Shown here piece by piece: positions 24,678-39,600 of a stretch of DNA of 64,000 nt. The number at the start of each line of letters is the position of its first letter. Position 1 is the stretch's first letter. The notes beneath the pieces were generated by a model that searched no databases, was not told where the DNA came from, and saw only the letters and a program-made list of their open reading frames with translations. Made by a program: the position numbers and the translations under genes. The stretch covers positions 112,222,001-112,286,000 of the forward strand of contig NC_087437.1 of NCBI RefSeq assembly GCF_036321535.1. The letters are read 5' to 3'. The DNA is from Camelus dromedarius. Lineage: Eukaryota.

Positions 24678-27600
24678 GTGAGTATTACTTCTTATCAGTG
24701 AAAACAGCTTGGTGGCCAGGGGCCCTGTTGGGATGTAGCAAATTGATTTCACTGCCTGGAGAACCCAGTATCTGCTGCCCAATGTCAAAAGCCAAATGGA
24801 ACACAGGTAGGAGTGCTGTGTTAATGATTTAGATTCACTATGGGTTTTCCCTGCTGTTATTTTAGGAAAACAAATAAATAAAAATGACTTAAGGCTCAAA
24901 AACAGTGCGGGATATCCTCATCGTAATTTGAACAGTAATTTCTCTTTATACCGTCATTCCAATCCGGCGTGGAATTTATCACTCTACTCCTATATTTGGG
25001 GAGGGGAGAGGTCATTAGGTTTATTTATTCATTTATTCTATGTTATTTATTTGTATATTTATTTTTAGTGGCGGTTCTGGGGATTGACCCCAGGACCTTG
25101 TACAGCTGAGCATGCGCTCTAGTGCTGAGTTATACCCTCCCACTACTCCTATATTTGCAAAGAGGCCAAACCCCTTATCTCCTACCACGTCACAAAACTG
25201 AGAAGTCATTACTGAACTTTGGTTTCCACACTTCATTTATTATTGATTTTTTCTCCCCTGTGTCACTGTGTCATTTGTTCCATAGTTTATCAGTAAGGGG
25301 TCCGTGAGTCGGTCTCTTCTTCCCCAAGGACTGCCCACGCACTGGAGAATGTATAACAGCCTTGGTCTCTACTTACTAAAAATGCCAGTGACCACCCCTC
25401 CCACCCCCATAGTTATGGTGACATCCAGGAAACAAAGGAAAATCCCCAATTCCCATCACCAACAACTTTCCTCCTCCACCATCCTTGGTGAATATCTTGG
25501 AAATTTATTAATGAGCAACATGCTTATTCATATTCTGAGAACTGTTCCAGACGGGTGGCTGCGTCTCAGGATACCCCCTCAACCAGCCAACCCTCGTGAC
25601 TAGTGTCAGCTCCTGAACAGATCTTACTTTGGATCTGCTCAGGTCGAAACATCCTTGGACCATGTGCTGCTGATGCCAGCAGCTCTCTGAGAACAATTTC
25701 CTTGAGCTTTCTCCTTGAGCACGAGAGTCTTAATCCAATATTAATACATGTGTGTGTAAAGAACGCCCAGCTCAGAGCAGCAATCATAAATTGAGCCTGG
25801 AGGAATTGTTACTGCTTTTCTAACATGTTTTTCTTCTTCCTAGCGCACTTCAGCCTCGTGTTTGGTATTTCGTATATTTTACACGGTAAGAGACTTTCTC
25901 GGCTTGACAAAAGTTTGTATTAGGACCAGAGTGTCAGTGTGACCATTCAACCACTTAGAAGTCAAAAATGTGAGAAATTTGATTTCTGATCCCAGATCTA
26001 TTTTTGCCCATTTTGTGTGAATCTTTTTTTCTCAAATTCTCTATAAAAGGAGTCAAAATTTAGCCAATTCTGGTTTTCACATTTGTCTCACAAAACTGTC
26101 ATCAGAAATAAACACTAGAGATCATTTACCAACCCCTTTAAAGAATATTCAACTCTTAATACTCTCACTAATAGAGGGAGACACAGACTGTGCCAAACGA
26201 AAAATCCAGAGATAATTTCCCTTTAATTTGCATTCTTCCTGGTACCAGATAAGGGAAAACACATTTTTTAAATTAAATTTCTTGCCTGCATATAAAGCCT
26301 CCCACAAAACGTCACTTATACATTAACTATGTACCCAGCCTGGCGATGGGCACTTTGGCGGGGGCGCCGGGGAGTGGGGTGACAACTTGGCAACCTGGAA
26401 CCAAAGGCCCAGGCCCTCATGACAGGAAATTTAGATGGTCTTTGAAACTTTAACCATATAAGGCAGGATTTGACAGGCATAGCCGTAAAGTCTCCTTGGC
26501 TGGCTGCCACTTCCGAGCTGTCTAACATTGCATAACCCAACTTCTCAACTTCACAGTCTGTAGAATGGGTCTATTAATAGCACCTGCTTCAGCACAGTCT
26601 GGGGGTGGGATGCTTCTCAAGGGCCAATCTGGGCACACACATCCCCCCCCTCCCCTCTGTGGTGGGGAATCAAGGGAGGGAAAGCTCAAGTAGGCTGGGC
26701 TGCTGCAGGAGGCCGGCAGGAGGTGTGGAGAGTTGGGTTGAGAGAATGGAATGGCCCAGGATGACACGGATTATTTTGATCCAAAGAGCCTCTGAGAGTC
26801 TGATGATTGCATGAGCCCAGATTCTGTTTACACAGTGCTGAGTCCCTGTTTCCTGAGCTTGCCCCCCATGACAATATGTTGCCATTTCTCACTCATATTA
26901 GTTCATTTCTTGTGTCCAGTAAAACCATTTCCTTCTGTGTTTCCCAAACCCCAGCGCTCATGGGAGGGCTTCTCTGCTGGAAGTTTGGGGTTCCAGATCC
27001 CAAGGCACAGTTTGGGCCATGGCTAAGATAGAACACTGGGTTCCAGATTTCAATCTTTTTCTTTTCTTTTTTTCTCTCCTGTTGCCTTTAGATTTTTCAA
27101 ATGAATACTGCACTTTAAAGATGACATTACAAAATTTCCGGTCAGTCTTATCGTGGGAAGTAAGAAACCATTCAGTTGTACCAACTCACTATACGTTATG
27201 GTACACCATCATAAGGTTGGTTGGCTATTTCATTTTTCTCTTGCCAAATATATTATCTTTCTATTGTGTGCAGAGTGGGAAAGAGGTGATCTTGCTTGTG
27301 AGAGAGCTTCTCTCTCTCTCTGCACTCCCCCATCCCTACCCCTCAATCTCGGTTTTTTATTCAGAGCTTTAAAAGTCCAATGACAAAAGACCCTTCCATT
27401 TTTAATGACACTGAATACTTGTAACAACCCAAAGCTATTTTTGACAAGGCTTATGTTTTTAACCAAAGCCAATTTCTACAGGTTAAATCCTCAAAAGCAA
27501 AATAATTATTGTGCCTGTTGCTCACAATTTATTTCTCTCATTCAGTAAGTCTGGCTGTTTAAAAGTGCTGTGTTTTCTGAGGACAGGGGTCCAGAGGTCT

Positions 27601-30600
27601 GATGACCGTATTGATGGTTTGTGTTCGCTTTTCTTTACTCAGGGAGGGATACAACAGATAAGAAAGCTGCCTGGCACAGACTAGGACAGGAGCAGGTCCA
27701 AGGTCTGGCTTGGTCACTAACCAGCTGTGACCCTTGGGTGCGGCACTCAGTCCGTCTGTGCTAATCCTCCTACTTAGGGATTCCTGCTTACGTCTTAGGT
27801 TTCTCCCTGCATTAGGCAGTCATATGTATCACCTAGACTTACCTTTCTGAAGCTCAAGAGAGCAGTACCTGTGCTGTCCCTACATAGCACGGGCTTAGGA
27901 CTGGACCATATGGTCCTCGGCCAGAGGTTGGGAGGATCTCAGGGAGGGCATTCATGATTGTTCCCTAGGGGCAGGGAGACTGGGACCTCTGCTGTGAATG
28001 CCCAATGTTTGCTCATTCATTCCTGCACCAAATATTTACTGAGCACCTACTACTACATGCCAGGGTTCCAACCATGAACCAAAATCCCCACTCTCTTGGA
28101 GCAGAGATTCTGAAAGTAGGTGGAGGCATCAATAACCAAAGAGAGAATGGGGCAGGTAGTGGGAAATGGTATGAAGAGAAACACAGGAAAGAGGGTTCCA
28201 GAGAGAGGGGTTGGAGGGCCGGGGGGCAGGGTAAGGTGCTCCATTTGAAAGGTGGTTCAGGCAGACAACTTAACACCAGGGACACTGGAGCAGAGCCCAA
28301 AAGGAATGAGGAGGCGGGGCCTGCAGTCAGTAGATTCTCATCACATAAATACTAACATTTTCTTTAACCATTTCTTTGCCTTTCAAAGTAAACCACAAAA
28401 TATGACACTCGTCAAGGACTGTACCAATATCACGAGATCCTTTTGTGACCTAACAGATGTGTGGGGAAACGTGACGGACACATACATCCCCAGAGTGGTG
28501 GGATTCAGAGGAGGCACACAGCTGGTCAATTGTATGGGCTCTTTCTTCCTGGAAACTGACAGTGAGTTGATCTCTGTTTATTACCTTCATTATCATCACC
28601 AAGATCATCCTTATTTGCTTGGCCATGAAGTAGGAAGTTCTGCAGAGGTGTTTTAGACACAGGGCTAGACCTCCTGGCCCTGCTGCCTCCTCGCTGTGTA
28701 ACCACAGAGGAATTACTTTGCTTCTCTGAGCCTCCTGGCCCTGCTGCTTCCTCGCTGTGTAACCACAGGGTAATTACTTTGCTTCTCTGAGCCTCTGTTT
28801 TCTTACCCAAAAAGTGGAATGATAACCTGTACTTTGCAGACAATGACTCAATGCCTGTATAAGGCAGGCATTCGGGCTGTAGCAGCTGCTACGTTGTGCT
28901 TTGTTTCACAGCCAGACAGGAGGTGGGGAACGGGGTTCAGATGGCCTATGTCTGAGCTGTCACAATTCTTTGGTCCAATGTGTTCCTTAATACTGCAGCC
29001 CCTCCCACAGGTCATACCCCAATAGCTCTTGTACGTGTGAACGCCCAAGTGTGTGTGCACGTGGGGTCCAGACTCAGAGAAGACTGGATCCCAAGAGTGG
29101 GTCTGCCCTCTCTCTCTTTGCCTGCAACTGGAGGCAGCTCCCTCTGGCACTTGTGTCAACAGCCCCAGAGCAGCTGTCAGTGGCTCTCAGCCAGTCTCCA
29201 TCACTTCTTCAATGTCCTGATCTGCAGCCTGTTCCCAAGAGAAAGATTCAGCTTCAGCTTCCTGGTAAAGGCTGTGTGGGTGTGCACTCACACACGCGCA
29301 CTTAGCAAAGTGATGACAACTGAAGCCCACGGTAGCAAACCTCGATACTTAGGAGATTCTCTGGATTCGTGGGATCGCATGTGTCCACATAGAAAAGAAA
29401 GAAAAGCACAACTTATGGAACGTGGTATTCAGACAGTTAAGGAATGTATATTAAAGTAATAATGAGATAGCATTTTTCAAGGCTCAAAATGGTAAATATT
29501 TTAAAAATATGTAAATACCCAGATTTAGTGGAAACGCAGGGAGTATACTTTGGCACAGCCTGGTTGAAGGGTATGTGGCAGTATGTATGGAAAACCTTAA
29601 CACGTGCCTGCTCTAATCCAGAATCCTCTGTAATTTGTCCTTGAGAAATAATTATATCCAGATGCAAAGATTGAGTTCCAAGAACACTCATTGATATATA
29701 GACTCTATTCAGAAAACTTAGCGCCAATCTAAGTGTTCAAAAGAGTGAATCAACTAAATCATAGTGCAACCACTTAGTGGAATAGAATTAGCTGTGAAAA
29801 ATTATGCTGAAGATCAGGGTGGGTGACTTTCTCTAAAGGGCCAGAGAAGAAGCATGTTGAAACTTTGTGGGCCCTATACAATCTCTGTCACACAGCCTTC
29901 TTTATTTACTTACAACCCTTTAAAATATAAAAAACGATTCTGAACTTGCAGGCTGTGCAAAATCTAACGCATAGGTCATAGTTTGCCATCTCTTGATGTA
30001 GATAAACATGCATTAATATGTTTATGAAATAAGTGAAAACATACCAGGCAAAACTATGTGAGTAAGAATGATTTTAATTTTAGTTTAGATATGTGTGTCT
30101 GTGAGTTCAGTTTAGTTTATATACGTGTATATATATTTATACACATACAGCATAGACAAAAGATGGTTAACCACATTCAGGGACAATTGCCTGTCTGTCT
30201 GTATGTATTATTGTTATTATTTGAAAAGAAGTTATTTCACTCTTGTGTTTAGAATACCACCTAAAAATTGGGGCAAGTACCAACTTTCATTCCAAAATCT
30301 GTCCTCCATTTCTTGTGCTAATGTTAGACACATCACTTCACTTTTACTGTTCTCAGTTTTTCACCAATAAAAAAATATACGACCCATGCCTCAGTGAGGG
30401 CCATAGGCAGTTGAAAAGAAGACAGCTGAAAAGAGGCATGTTTGTATCACGATAATGGCAGTTTTTCTGTTATGCTATTATTGACTGACCCTGCGGTTTG
30501 TTTTGTTTTCTAAGCAATGTCTTTGGACCCACCAGAGTTTGAGATTGTCGATTTTACGGACCACATTAATGTGAAAGTGAAATTTCAGTCGGTCGCTCCC

Positions 30601-33600
30601 AAGATACTAGATGGAGAAGAATTACAGTTTTACTTAGCACACGTCATCGAAGAACAGTCAGGGGGGATTGTTAAGAAGGTAAGTGGTCAAAACAGTTCTG
30701 AGTTGGCAGGGAATACATTTAGCACTCTTTAAAAAAAATAAAAGACATCTGTAATGATTTGAAGAATTGAAACAGAAGGGTCTGGGCTTCATTGTGGCTT
30801 GACTTCAGGAAAGAAGTCTCTGTGGTTCATCCATTGTGGAAATACGTGGTGTGTGCGGTGTAGACAGGGGGAACAGCCAGATTCCAGCACGCCAGGGCAA
30901 GATCTTCTTTGGAAGGGGTTGGTTTAGCTGAGCTACTCATAAAGAGCATGTCTCTACCTCTCCAGCCCTCATACATGTAAGGGAAGTGGCTCTTTCCAGT
31001 GATTCTGTCCCTTCCTGATTTTCCCGAAGGACCTAATTGAGTATCGCTAAACTCAAAGATGATCCTGGGATCAGACAGTACCAAATCTTCAATTATGTGT
31101 TCTCTCGATCCCTCAGAATGCTGGCGTGAAAACAGACAAACTGTGCTCACAACTGGGCCCTGCTGTAGCGGCAGCTTGTGTCTGCATAGCCCTTGGCTGA
31201 TTATAAAACCCTTGCAACTGAGACCGGCCCACAAGGTATCAGAAGCAGGGGCATGCATTTCAGACACAGGGCATAGGCCAGAAGCCAAAGGTCCTGAGGC
31301 TGGAGTGGGCCCAGGGGGTTTGAGAAACGGCAGAGGGCTGGAATGAAGAATAGAAGGAGGTAAGGTCAGGGAGGTAATAGGGCCAGATTTTGTAGGGCTT
31401 TGTGGATCCAAGTCTTCAGGGTGTGATAGAAGCCACTGGAGGACCCAAGGACTTAACAGGACATCCTGGCTGGTGGGTTAAGAATAAACCATAGGGACTA
31501 AAAGTAGAAGTTGGGAGACCACTTAAGAGACTGTCAGGATGGTAACTACTTCATAGAAAGAGCAAATTCTATCATTAGTATAACTTTTCCTTTAATATGC
31601 ACCTGGATTATAATCAACACCCTAAATAGTTGATTAGGAAAAGAGAGCAAAAATAACAGAAAAAAATAAAAGCTTGTGTATCTCGGAGACACTATCAAGT
31701 TTCATTAACTATCCATAGCCCCGTCGCATCTAATCTGTACTCAGCCCATGAAGCTGCTAACTCTCTGTTTTAGATTATTATTTCTAAAATAAGAGACCTA
31801 TGCTTATTAAGATATTGAAAACACTGTGAGAGGAAAACTACAGTTAATAAGCATCTTCTTCATTAAAGAAAATTAGTCTTTAAATTCAAGCAAGAGGGGA
31901 AAGAAAAGAGGCTATTGGTATAGTCCAGGTGACAGATGGTGGTGGCTTGGACCACTTAGCAGTAGTGAGAAGTGGTCAAATTCTGCATATATTTTGCAAG
32001 TGGAACAGATTGGATGTGCAGAGTGGTGAAGGAGGAGACAAGTGAAGAACCCCAGTCCTTTCAGCATGAGCACCTGGGTAGATGGAGTTGCCATTAATTA
32101 AAATAGGGGGCATTATGGACAGAGCAGTTGGATGGCTAGATATCTGTAGCTCAGCTTTGGGCCTGTTCGGTTTGAGGCACCTGTAAGTTATCCAGGGGGA
32201 GATGGTGAGTAGGAGTGGATGTACTGAGTCTGGAGTTTAGGGGAGAGCTCCCACCTAGAGAATCGTCCTGTGGAGCCATCGGCTTTTGGGTGTGTATTGA
32301 GTGCTTTGAAACCAGGTGAGATCACCCAGGAGTGGCCCTGCAGAGAGAAGAGCTGTCCAGGGGCAGAGCCCTGGAAGATTCCAAGATGTGGAGATCTGTC
32401 AAATGAGGAGGAAATAGCACACAAAACGAAGCAAGACTAACCAGCATGGCAGGAGGAGAACTCTGAGAGTAAAGTCCTGGTTGCTGAGAGAAGAAAGTTC
32501 CAGGAGAGTGTCAGATGTGCTATAAATGGGACAAGTTAGAAGAGGACTACGAATTGAGTAGTGAGAAAGGAGTTTTTCTATAAAGGGAAAGAAAGAGATG
32601 CTGTGGTCCCTGGAAGGGAACGTGGGGTCAAGGGAGGGACTTTTTAAGACGGGAGAAACGACAGCATGTTGGTTTGCAGAAGGGATATTCCTTTGGGGTG
32701 TGGGGAGCGTTGCTGGAGCAATGTCCTGGAGGAGATGAGAGTGGACAGGATCTTCTGAGCACGAGAAGGGGGTTCCTTGGCTCAGAGGAAGAACCATACC
32801 TGAGTCATGGTTGGGGAGGCAGAGTCCAAAGGCACAGAGGGAGGGAGCTTCCCTTTACCTGGTTCAACAGGAAGCAAACACTGCAGACTTAAGGCCGCAC
32901 GATGACCACACCAAGTGTGGGAAACTAGATGCTCTGACCCTCTGCTACCATTTTACTCTTTCCCTTTGAGGCAAGAGCCCTCTCACCATGACACTGCTTC
33001 TGCTTCAGACCCTTTTCTTCCTCATCGCTTGTTTGCATCCTCTTTTAGTTTGTTTGGAGGGGAGGAGGTGGTTAAAAAATGATTCCTCCTCCTTTTGAAA
33101 AGAAAGTTGCAAAAAACATTATTCTGAAAGGCTATATTTGAACTGCTGGAAACCCCAATTTATAAAACTAGTGGTAAGAACGTACTTTGAAAACTACAAC
33201 ACATTATACAAAAGTTATTCTTGGTGAAAGAACCTTCATATAATCTCTTTAATCCCAAAATGGAGCAGAACTGGGTGGGGAGAGAGAGGCAGAATGTCTT
33301 AAGGGGAAAGACGGGGGACTTGACCTCAGTCTCAGTTCTGCCACAGACACACTGTGTGGCCTTGAGGAGTTTCCTTGGCCACTCCAGGCTGCAGATTCCT
33401 CATCTGGAGGGTGGGAATAATGCCTACTTTTCAGACTCTTTTGATAATCAGATGAGTTAATAAAAGCACTTTCTGAAGCATAAATATGTATCGTTAATGA
33501 AATAGGATAATCTTATTATCTTATTTTTGCAAGATTATCTTATTTTAAAAATGACACCATGGAGATTTTCCACACTGGGATTTTTCTTCCTCATTTGTAA

Positions 33601-36600
33601 AAGGAATTTGCTAGACTAGATTTCATGGTTTAAAAATCTGTGCACGTGTGTGTGTGTGTGTGTGTACAGGTACATGTAGTTTTGTGATAAATTGCTTACC
33701 TGGGTGACTCATAAATACTTTTTCTTGCCAAGCCTATGATATTTCTAACTCTGTGTAAGATCTGAAGACAAATCCCCGAAGACTGTCTTAGGGCCTGCCT
33801 CTAGATGAAATTCTCACTCTAAAGTCCTACTGATTTTTTGCTTATTTTTACAGTATAAACCTGAAGTAAATGGAAACATTACTGAAAATTTCAATTATGT
33901 CATCAACAAGTTAATCCCAAACATAAACTACTGTGTATCTGTTTATTTTGAGCCTAAAGATCCGGAAAAAATTAATAGATCTCCCTTAAAATGTACCCTT
34001 CTTCAACCTGGACAGGAATCAGGTATGACAATTTTCGAAAAATTCATATTTTACTTTTACCCTGAGGGGAAATATATTTAGAGAAAAGAATCCGAAAGTT
34101 GTGGAGCACTAAAGGTATTTCTTCCAACAAAGGCATAGCACAGAGATGTTTTCTGTTGGTCCGTCTCTACCATGTGGTGGATTCACTTTTATGATGCCTT
34201 ACCATGGGGATGATCAGGTATCTTCCTTTATAAGGTCAGAAATCCTCCTGAATGGAGACGCTTTTATTTCAGGGTGTTAGGATCAAGTCTGGTTCTGGGT
34301 GCCCTTAGTTTGGCCATTCTTCGAGCCCAGTGCTGGAGGAGACTGGGTTGCTGGGAGCAACTGCGTGCAGAGGTATCAAAGGGTGGAATGATGGATGAGA
34401 TGAGGTTCATGGATGTGTCCTGGCTCCAGGGAAGGTTGACTATAGCTCATAGAAGAGAGAGAAACTTGCCAGGATGGATGAGACAGTCACTGATGAAGGC
34501 TGAAAGTCCTTCTGCTGCCACGGCGTCAGAATAGTAAACAGTGTGCTCCCTGAACCGTCTTCCTTGGAATAGTTTGCAGTGAGAACAATAATCGGACTTA
34601 GGAACATCCATTGCTGATTATTTTCTTGGGAAGTCACTAATAATTTGCTAGGACAACTCATAGAACTCAGGAAAATGCTATACTTACCATTACCATTTTG
34701 TTGTAAAGGAGACGAACAGCTCAATGAAGAGATACATAGTCTGGAAATTTCCGAGTGCAGGAGCTTCTGTCCTCACTGAGCTGGCATACACCACACTCCC
34801 CATACTTCGATATGTTCACTGACCGGAAGCTCCCCAAGCCTGGCTGCCAGAGTTTTTGTTGGGTTTCATTGCATAGGCATGATTAATTAAATCATTGGCC
34901 AACGGAGATTGATTGAATCTCCAGCCCCTCTCCCTTCTCTAGGGGTCAAGGCTGGGACCAGAAGGTCCAGAAGTTCACCTCATTAACGTAAACTCAGATA
35001 TGGTCCCCCAAAAGATGCTCCTATCACTGAAGAGATCCCAAGGGTTTTTGAAGTTCTGTGCCAAGAGCCAGGGACAAAGGTCAGATTTGATGATGATGGT
35101 GAAGATACCATGATCTTATGAACAAACTATAAAACAGTTGAATGGAGAAATTATTTCTCCTCTGCTCACAGAATACTTCTCTACTTAAAATGTTTGGAGG
35201 TTTTTTTCCCACACCAAACAATTCTTCCAATCGGCTCAGTATCCTACAATTTAGTTCAACTCTGAACCATGTGCCTGGCGATAGCATCGGATCCCACAGG
35301 TTAAGGGCTCAGTCCCACAAGACTGCCCCCTCCCCTTCAAAGGCCAGTCACAGGTTCAAGTTGTCACATGGATTCTGACCAACCTACGCTAAATCTGAGA
35401 TTCCCACAGTCCCCTTCTTGGCCTTGATAATTTGTTAGAATGGCTCACAGAACTCGAGGAAAACAGTTTATTTACTAGATTCCTGGTTTATTATAAAAGG
35501 TTACAACTCAGAAACAGCCAAAAGAAAGGGATCCATAGGGCAAGATATGGGGAAGGGGCTTGGACTTCCATGCCCTCTCTGGACACGCCACCCTCCCAGC
35601 ACCTCCATGTGTTCACCAACTCAGAAGCTTTCCCAACCCCATCATTTAGGATTTTTATGGAGGCTTCATTATGTAGACATGACTGATTAAATCCTTGGCC
35701 ATTGGTGATTACTGCAACCTCCAGTCCCTTTCTCCTCCCCAGAGATCAAGGGGTGGAGCTGAAAGTTCCAACCCTCTAAATCACAGAGTTGATTCCCCTG
35801 GCAACCAACCCCCATCCTCTGGGGCTTTCCAAAAGTCACCTCATTAACATAAACTCAAGTGAGTTTGAAAAGAGCTTGTTATAAATAACAAAAAAATGCT
35901 CCTTTCAGTTTCTTGGCCCTTATCACTCAGGAAATTAAATTCTAAGGGTTTCAGAATTGGGAACAAAGACCAAATATGTATTTCTTGCTAGAAATCACAA
36001 TATCACAACAATAAAAACTCAGATTAGTAATGTGACATGACAGACGATGGTTTGCTGAAACTCAGTCCTCACTTGAAAAGGGAATGCAAGCCTGAACAAA
36101 AGCGCAGCTTGTTTAGAAGTTGATGTACTTGCTCTGTGATGATTCAGTTTCTCTCCTGACTTTTCTGTTTCACTCGCTGAGAAATGGCCATACAACAGCA
36201 TGCTGTCGCAGCACTGCATGTTTCCTGGGTGTGAACATTTCATTTGCATACTGTCAGCCTCCATTCTTTTATCATTACCCAAGACAGTTAAAGCACAGGT
36301 ATGCCTCATTGATTTGGATAAAATATTTCATGTCCCGATTCTCGTCTGAAACTTCAAGAACCAAGTAGTTTCAGATAATGTAGCCCCTTTCACTGTCCCA
36401 GCTCACCATGTGAACTACTCTCAACTAGCCCAAATTCAGGGACCAAGTAGGTTTGGATGGTGGGGTGATTCTTGAAGGATGATTTGGGACCAGAGTTAAC
36501 TTACTCAGACTCAGCAGTGAACACTGGTATCTTAAAGCAGTACTGGTATGAGGGGTATTTAGTCCAGAGATCTGGAGAAATGACTTCCCCTTTGTCAAAC

Positions 36601-39600
36601 TTTAAATTAATTGGTTGGCTTTTTTTCAGCAAGGTCCTGAGGGAATGCTGTGTTAATTCCATTTGACACATATTTAGTGGAGCCAACTCTGTGTCAGATT
36701 CTCTTCTAGATCGTATCTAGATACTAGATACATCGTGAACAAAATAGATAAAAATTCCTGACCTTATGGAGCTGACATTGCAATAGGGAGACAAAAAAAC
36801 AAGATTTAACAAGTAAAATATATATGTAAAATATGCAGTGTATTAAGTGATGATACGTGCTTTGGAGAAAAATTAAGCAGGAAGTGGGGGAGAGGTGGGG
36901 GTGAGGGGGTAGGTAAAAGGGAGAGGGTGGTGGGTCTCTTAAATAGGATGGCATTTTGTTTACATTCCCTAGAAGCCAAGCCTAAAACCTAAATTCTAGT
37001 TCAAGTGACTCACTGGCGCAGGAGAGGAGGAGGGGCCTCTTGGGTCAGAATCCCATTACATCATTGCTCCTCCTAGGAAGTCACTTTGGCTCACAGAATC
37101 CTTTTCAGGAATGTAGATGCTATACGTGTAGGAATTTTGTACTATAAAGGTGCGCCTACATGGCTAAATCTGATTCTAGAGCTGCCATTGATAAGACACT
37201 CCTTCCTTCATTGTGGTTGGAAATGAGAGAGGGTTCATGAGTCTTCTGCCATCTAAGATTTCACTGAAGTTTCTTTCTATTCATTCTTTAACCTTCTGAA
37301 AGACTTTTAAAATATGTGACCCATCTTCACGTTTTTTCTCTTCTGTAGCTATGTTGCCTGAGGCTGTGGTTATAGGATTAATATTAATAAAATTCTTCCT
37401 GGAAATTTAAGAGCGCCTTACTTATGTAACTATTGATTTCTTCTCAGTCCAGTCAGATTTCTGGAAAAAAAGCTATTTTTATTGAGAAAATTGAAATCTT
37501 CCAGAAGTAATTTTGACACAAAACTAAAGGAGAACTCATAATAGGACAAAGCAAGTTTTGCAGAGCCCTGATTTTGGGTCCTGGCATGGCCAAAGTCCAG
37601 CTTCCAAGTGACCTGGTTGTTTTCTTCAGGCAAACTCCCCTTCCTGCCTGTCTGCGGTGCATGCTAACTTGTGGCTATTGGGCATTTGAGATGTGGCTCT
37701 TGTGACTCAGAAACAGTTTTGTTTTGTTTTATAATTCACATTTAAATGGTCTTATGTGGCTAATGGCTACCATATTGGATAGTGCAGTCATAGAGCATAA
37801 TTATCAACCGGAAAAAAAATTTTCACTTTTAAAAACTGAATCTGTCATTTGTATCCATTTTTTAAAAAGTATACTTGGATTACTTTCCATTCCTTTGTAT
37901 TTAACAATAGTTTTTCCAACTTTTGCTCCCTTGATAAACCCCTCCACCTCCGATAGATCAATGTGCCTTTGTTCCCAGCTGCGATTGTTCCTTGAATTTA
38001 TTTTGAAATAAAGCCATTTAATTTTTCATCAACAGAGTCGTCAGAATCTGCCACAATAGGAGGAATAATTACTCTGTTTTTAATAGTTGCTGTCTTCATA
38101 AGCACCATAATGATACTGAAACGGATTGGTTATATATGCTTAAGAAACGACTTCCCCAAAGTTTTGGTATGTCGTTTTTCTTTTTTTTTAATTCCTAATT
38201 TTTCGGTTTAACTTAAGAAATTTTATTATATGCTTAAATATTTTCACAGAAGAAAATTCCATTTTCTCAAAAGAACAAGGTGGTTTATCACTCTGGGTGG
38301 TTCTTTTCCATCCCTATAAGCTATATTTTGCATTTTATACTTTCTTTTGTCCACATATGATTTTTAATAATCACATAATGTTCCATTGTTATTAATGTAT
38401 CATTTTTCCCTTAATCATTTCCCCAGCTGTAGGGCCTTTGGAATGATTTCTTTTTCACTTCTTGTCTTGTCTTTTCTTTTATTTTATTTTCTTTCTCTGG
38501 CCATTTTGAATAATGCAATGAACATTTTTATACAGATTATCTTTTTAGTTTGGATTACTTCAGTGGGATATATACACAAAGTGGATTTATCTTAGATGAA
38601 ACGTGTGTAATTTATCACGTCAATACAGAGGTGTCCACACTTCTGCAGAGCTCTGCTGACAGTGATTAATCATCTTTACTCCTTTCGTTCATTTGTCGTA
38701 TTGTAACAGTCCCCCTCAGTCACTCTGATTCGTGTTAATTACTAGTGAAACCTGCCACTTTGTTCATCTTGGTGCTGTCCCGGTGTTTCCTAAGACACGC
38801 TCTTCCTGCTCAGACAGACTCTCTAACACTCAGCCGAGTCTAGGTATTGATGTGACCTGTTTCTAAAACCTTACGTGTTTTGACTCACTTTTACCCATCA
38901 TTTCTTTTTCCCTGTTCCATCGCTTTCCTTGTACATTAGTTTTATAATTTCTCATTCAGAAATATCTTATTTTTCTATGTTTGAACTCACTCACCTTACT
39001 CTTCTAATTTTTTAACAGCCACAAATAAATATCCCTCCATGGGTGATAAAAGTGTTCTCTTCTTTTTCTTGTTGTTCTTATTTGTTCAGGTTGGGTTGTG
39101 GAAGGAGGGTTGGCCAGGACAGGAGAGGGGGTGATTTTGAAGTTTTTATTTACAAGTGGTAAACCTGTTTATTTACAGGTTGAACCTGGCTGGCATCATG
39201 AGGTATATAGATGGACCTGTGTTGGGATTTCATCCACCCTGTGATCTCTGTCTTGCAAGAGTGGTTGTTTTTTCTCTATCAGTGTAACTTTTATCTTTGC
39301 AGTGTTCAGTTGCAGGCTTACTCTCAGCCTTTGCTGCAACTCTTATCTGTCATGTGTTGCTTTGGCCCTGAGGACTTGTGTAAACCCCACTCCAACTCCT
39401 ATTTCTCATGCAGCCTTGAGAGATAAAGGTCCCTAGCACCACACCCATCCCCTCCTAGATAATCTTCTCCTGAATTACCTAAACTCATTACTAACCCTCC
39501 TCTTAGGTCTCCCTGGGTTCCTCCAGTCTTTAAAATGCACCCAAATTATATACCAATTATATTTGTACCTCTTAGTGTGTTAAGCTCAAGTAATGACAGG

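Noticed and set aside
24674..24683. Competing donor CCC|GTAGGT 4 nt upstream of the exon 2 donor
   Set aside because: The real site AG|GTGAGT is a perfect consensus; the alternative would frameshift and is much weaker.
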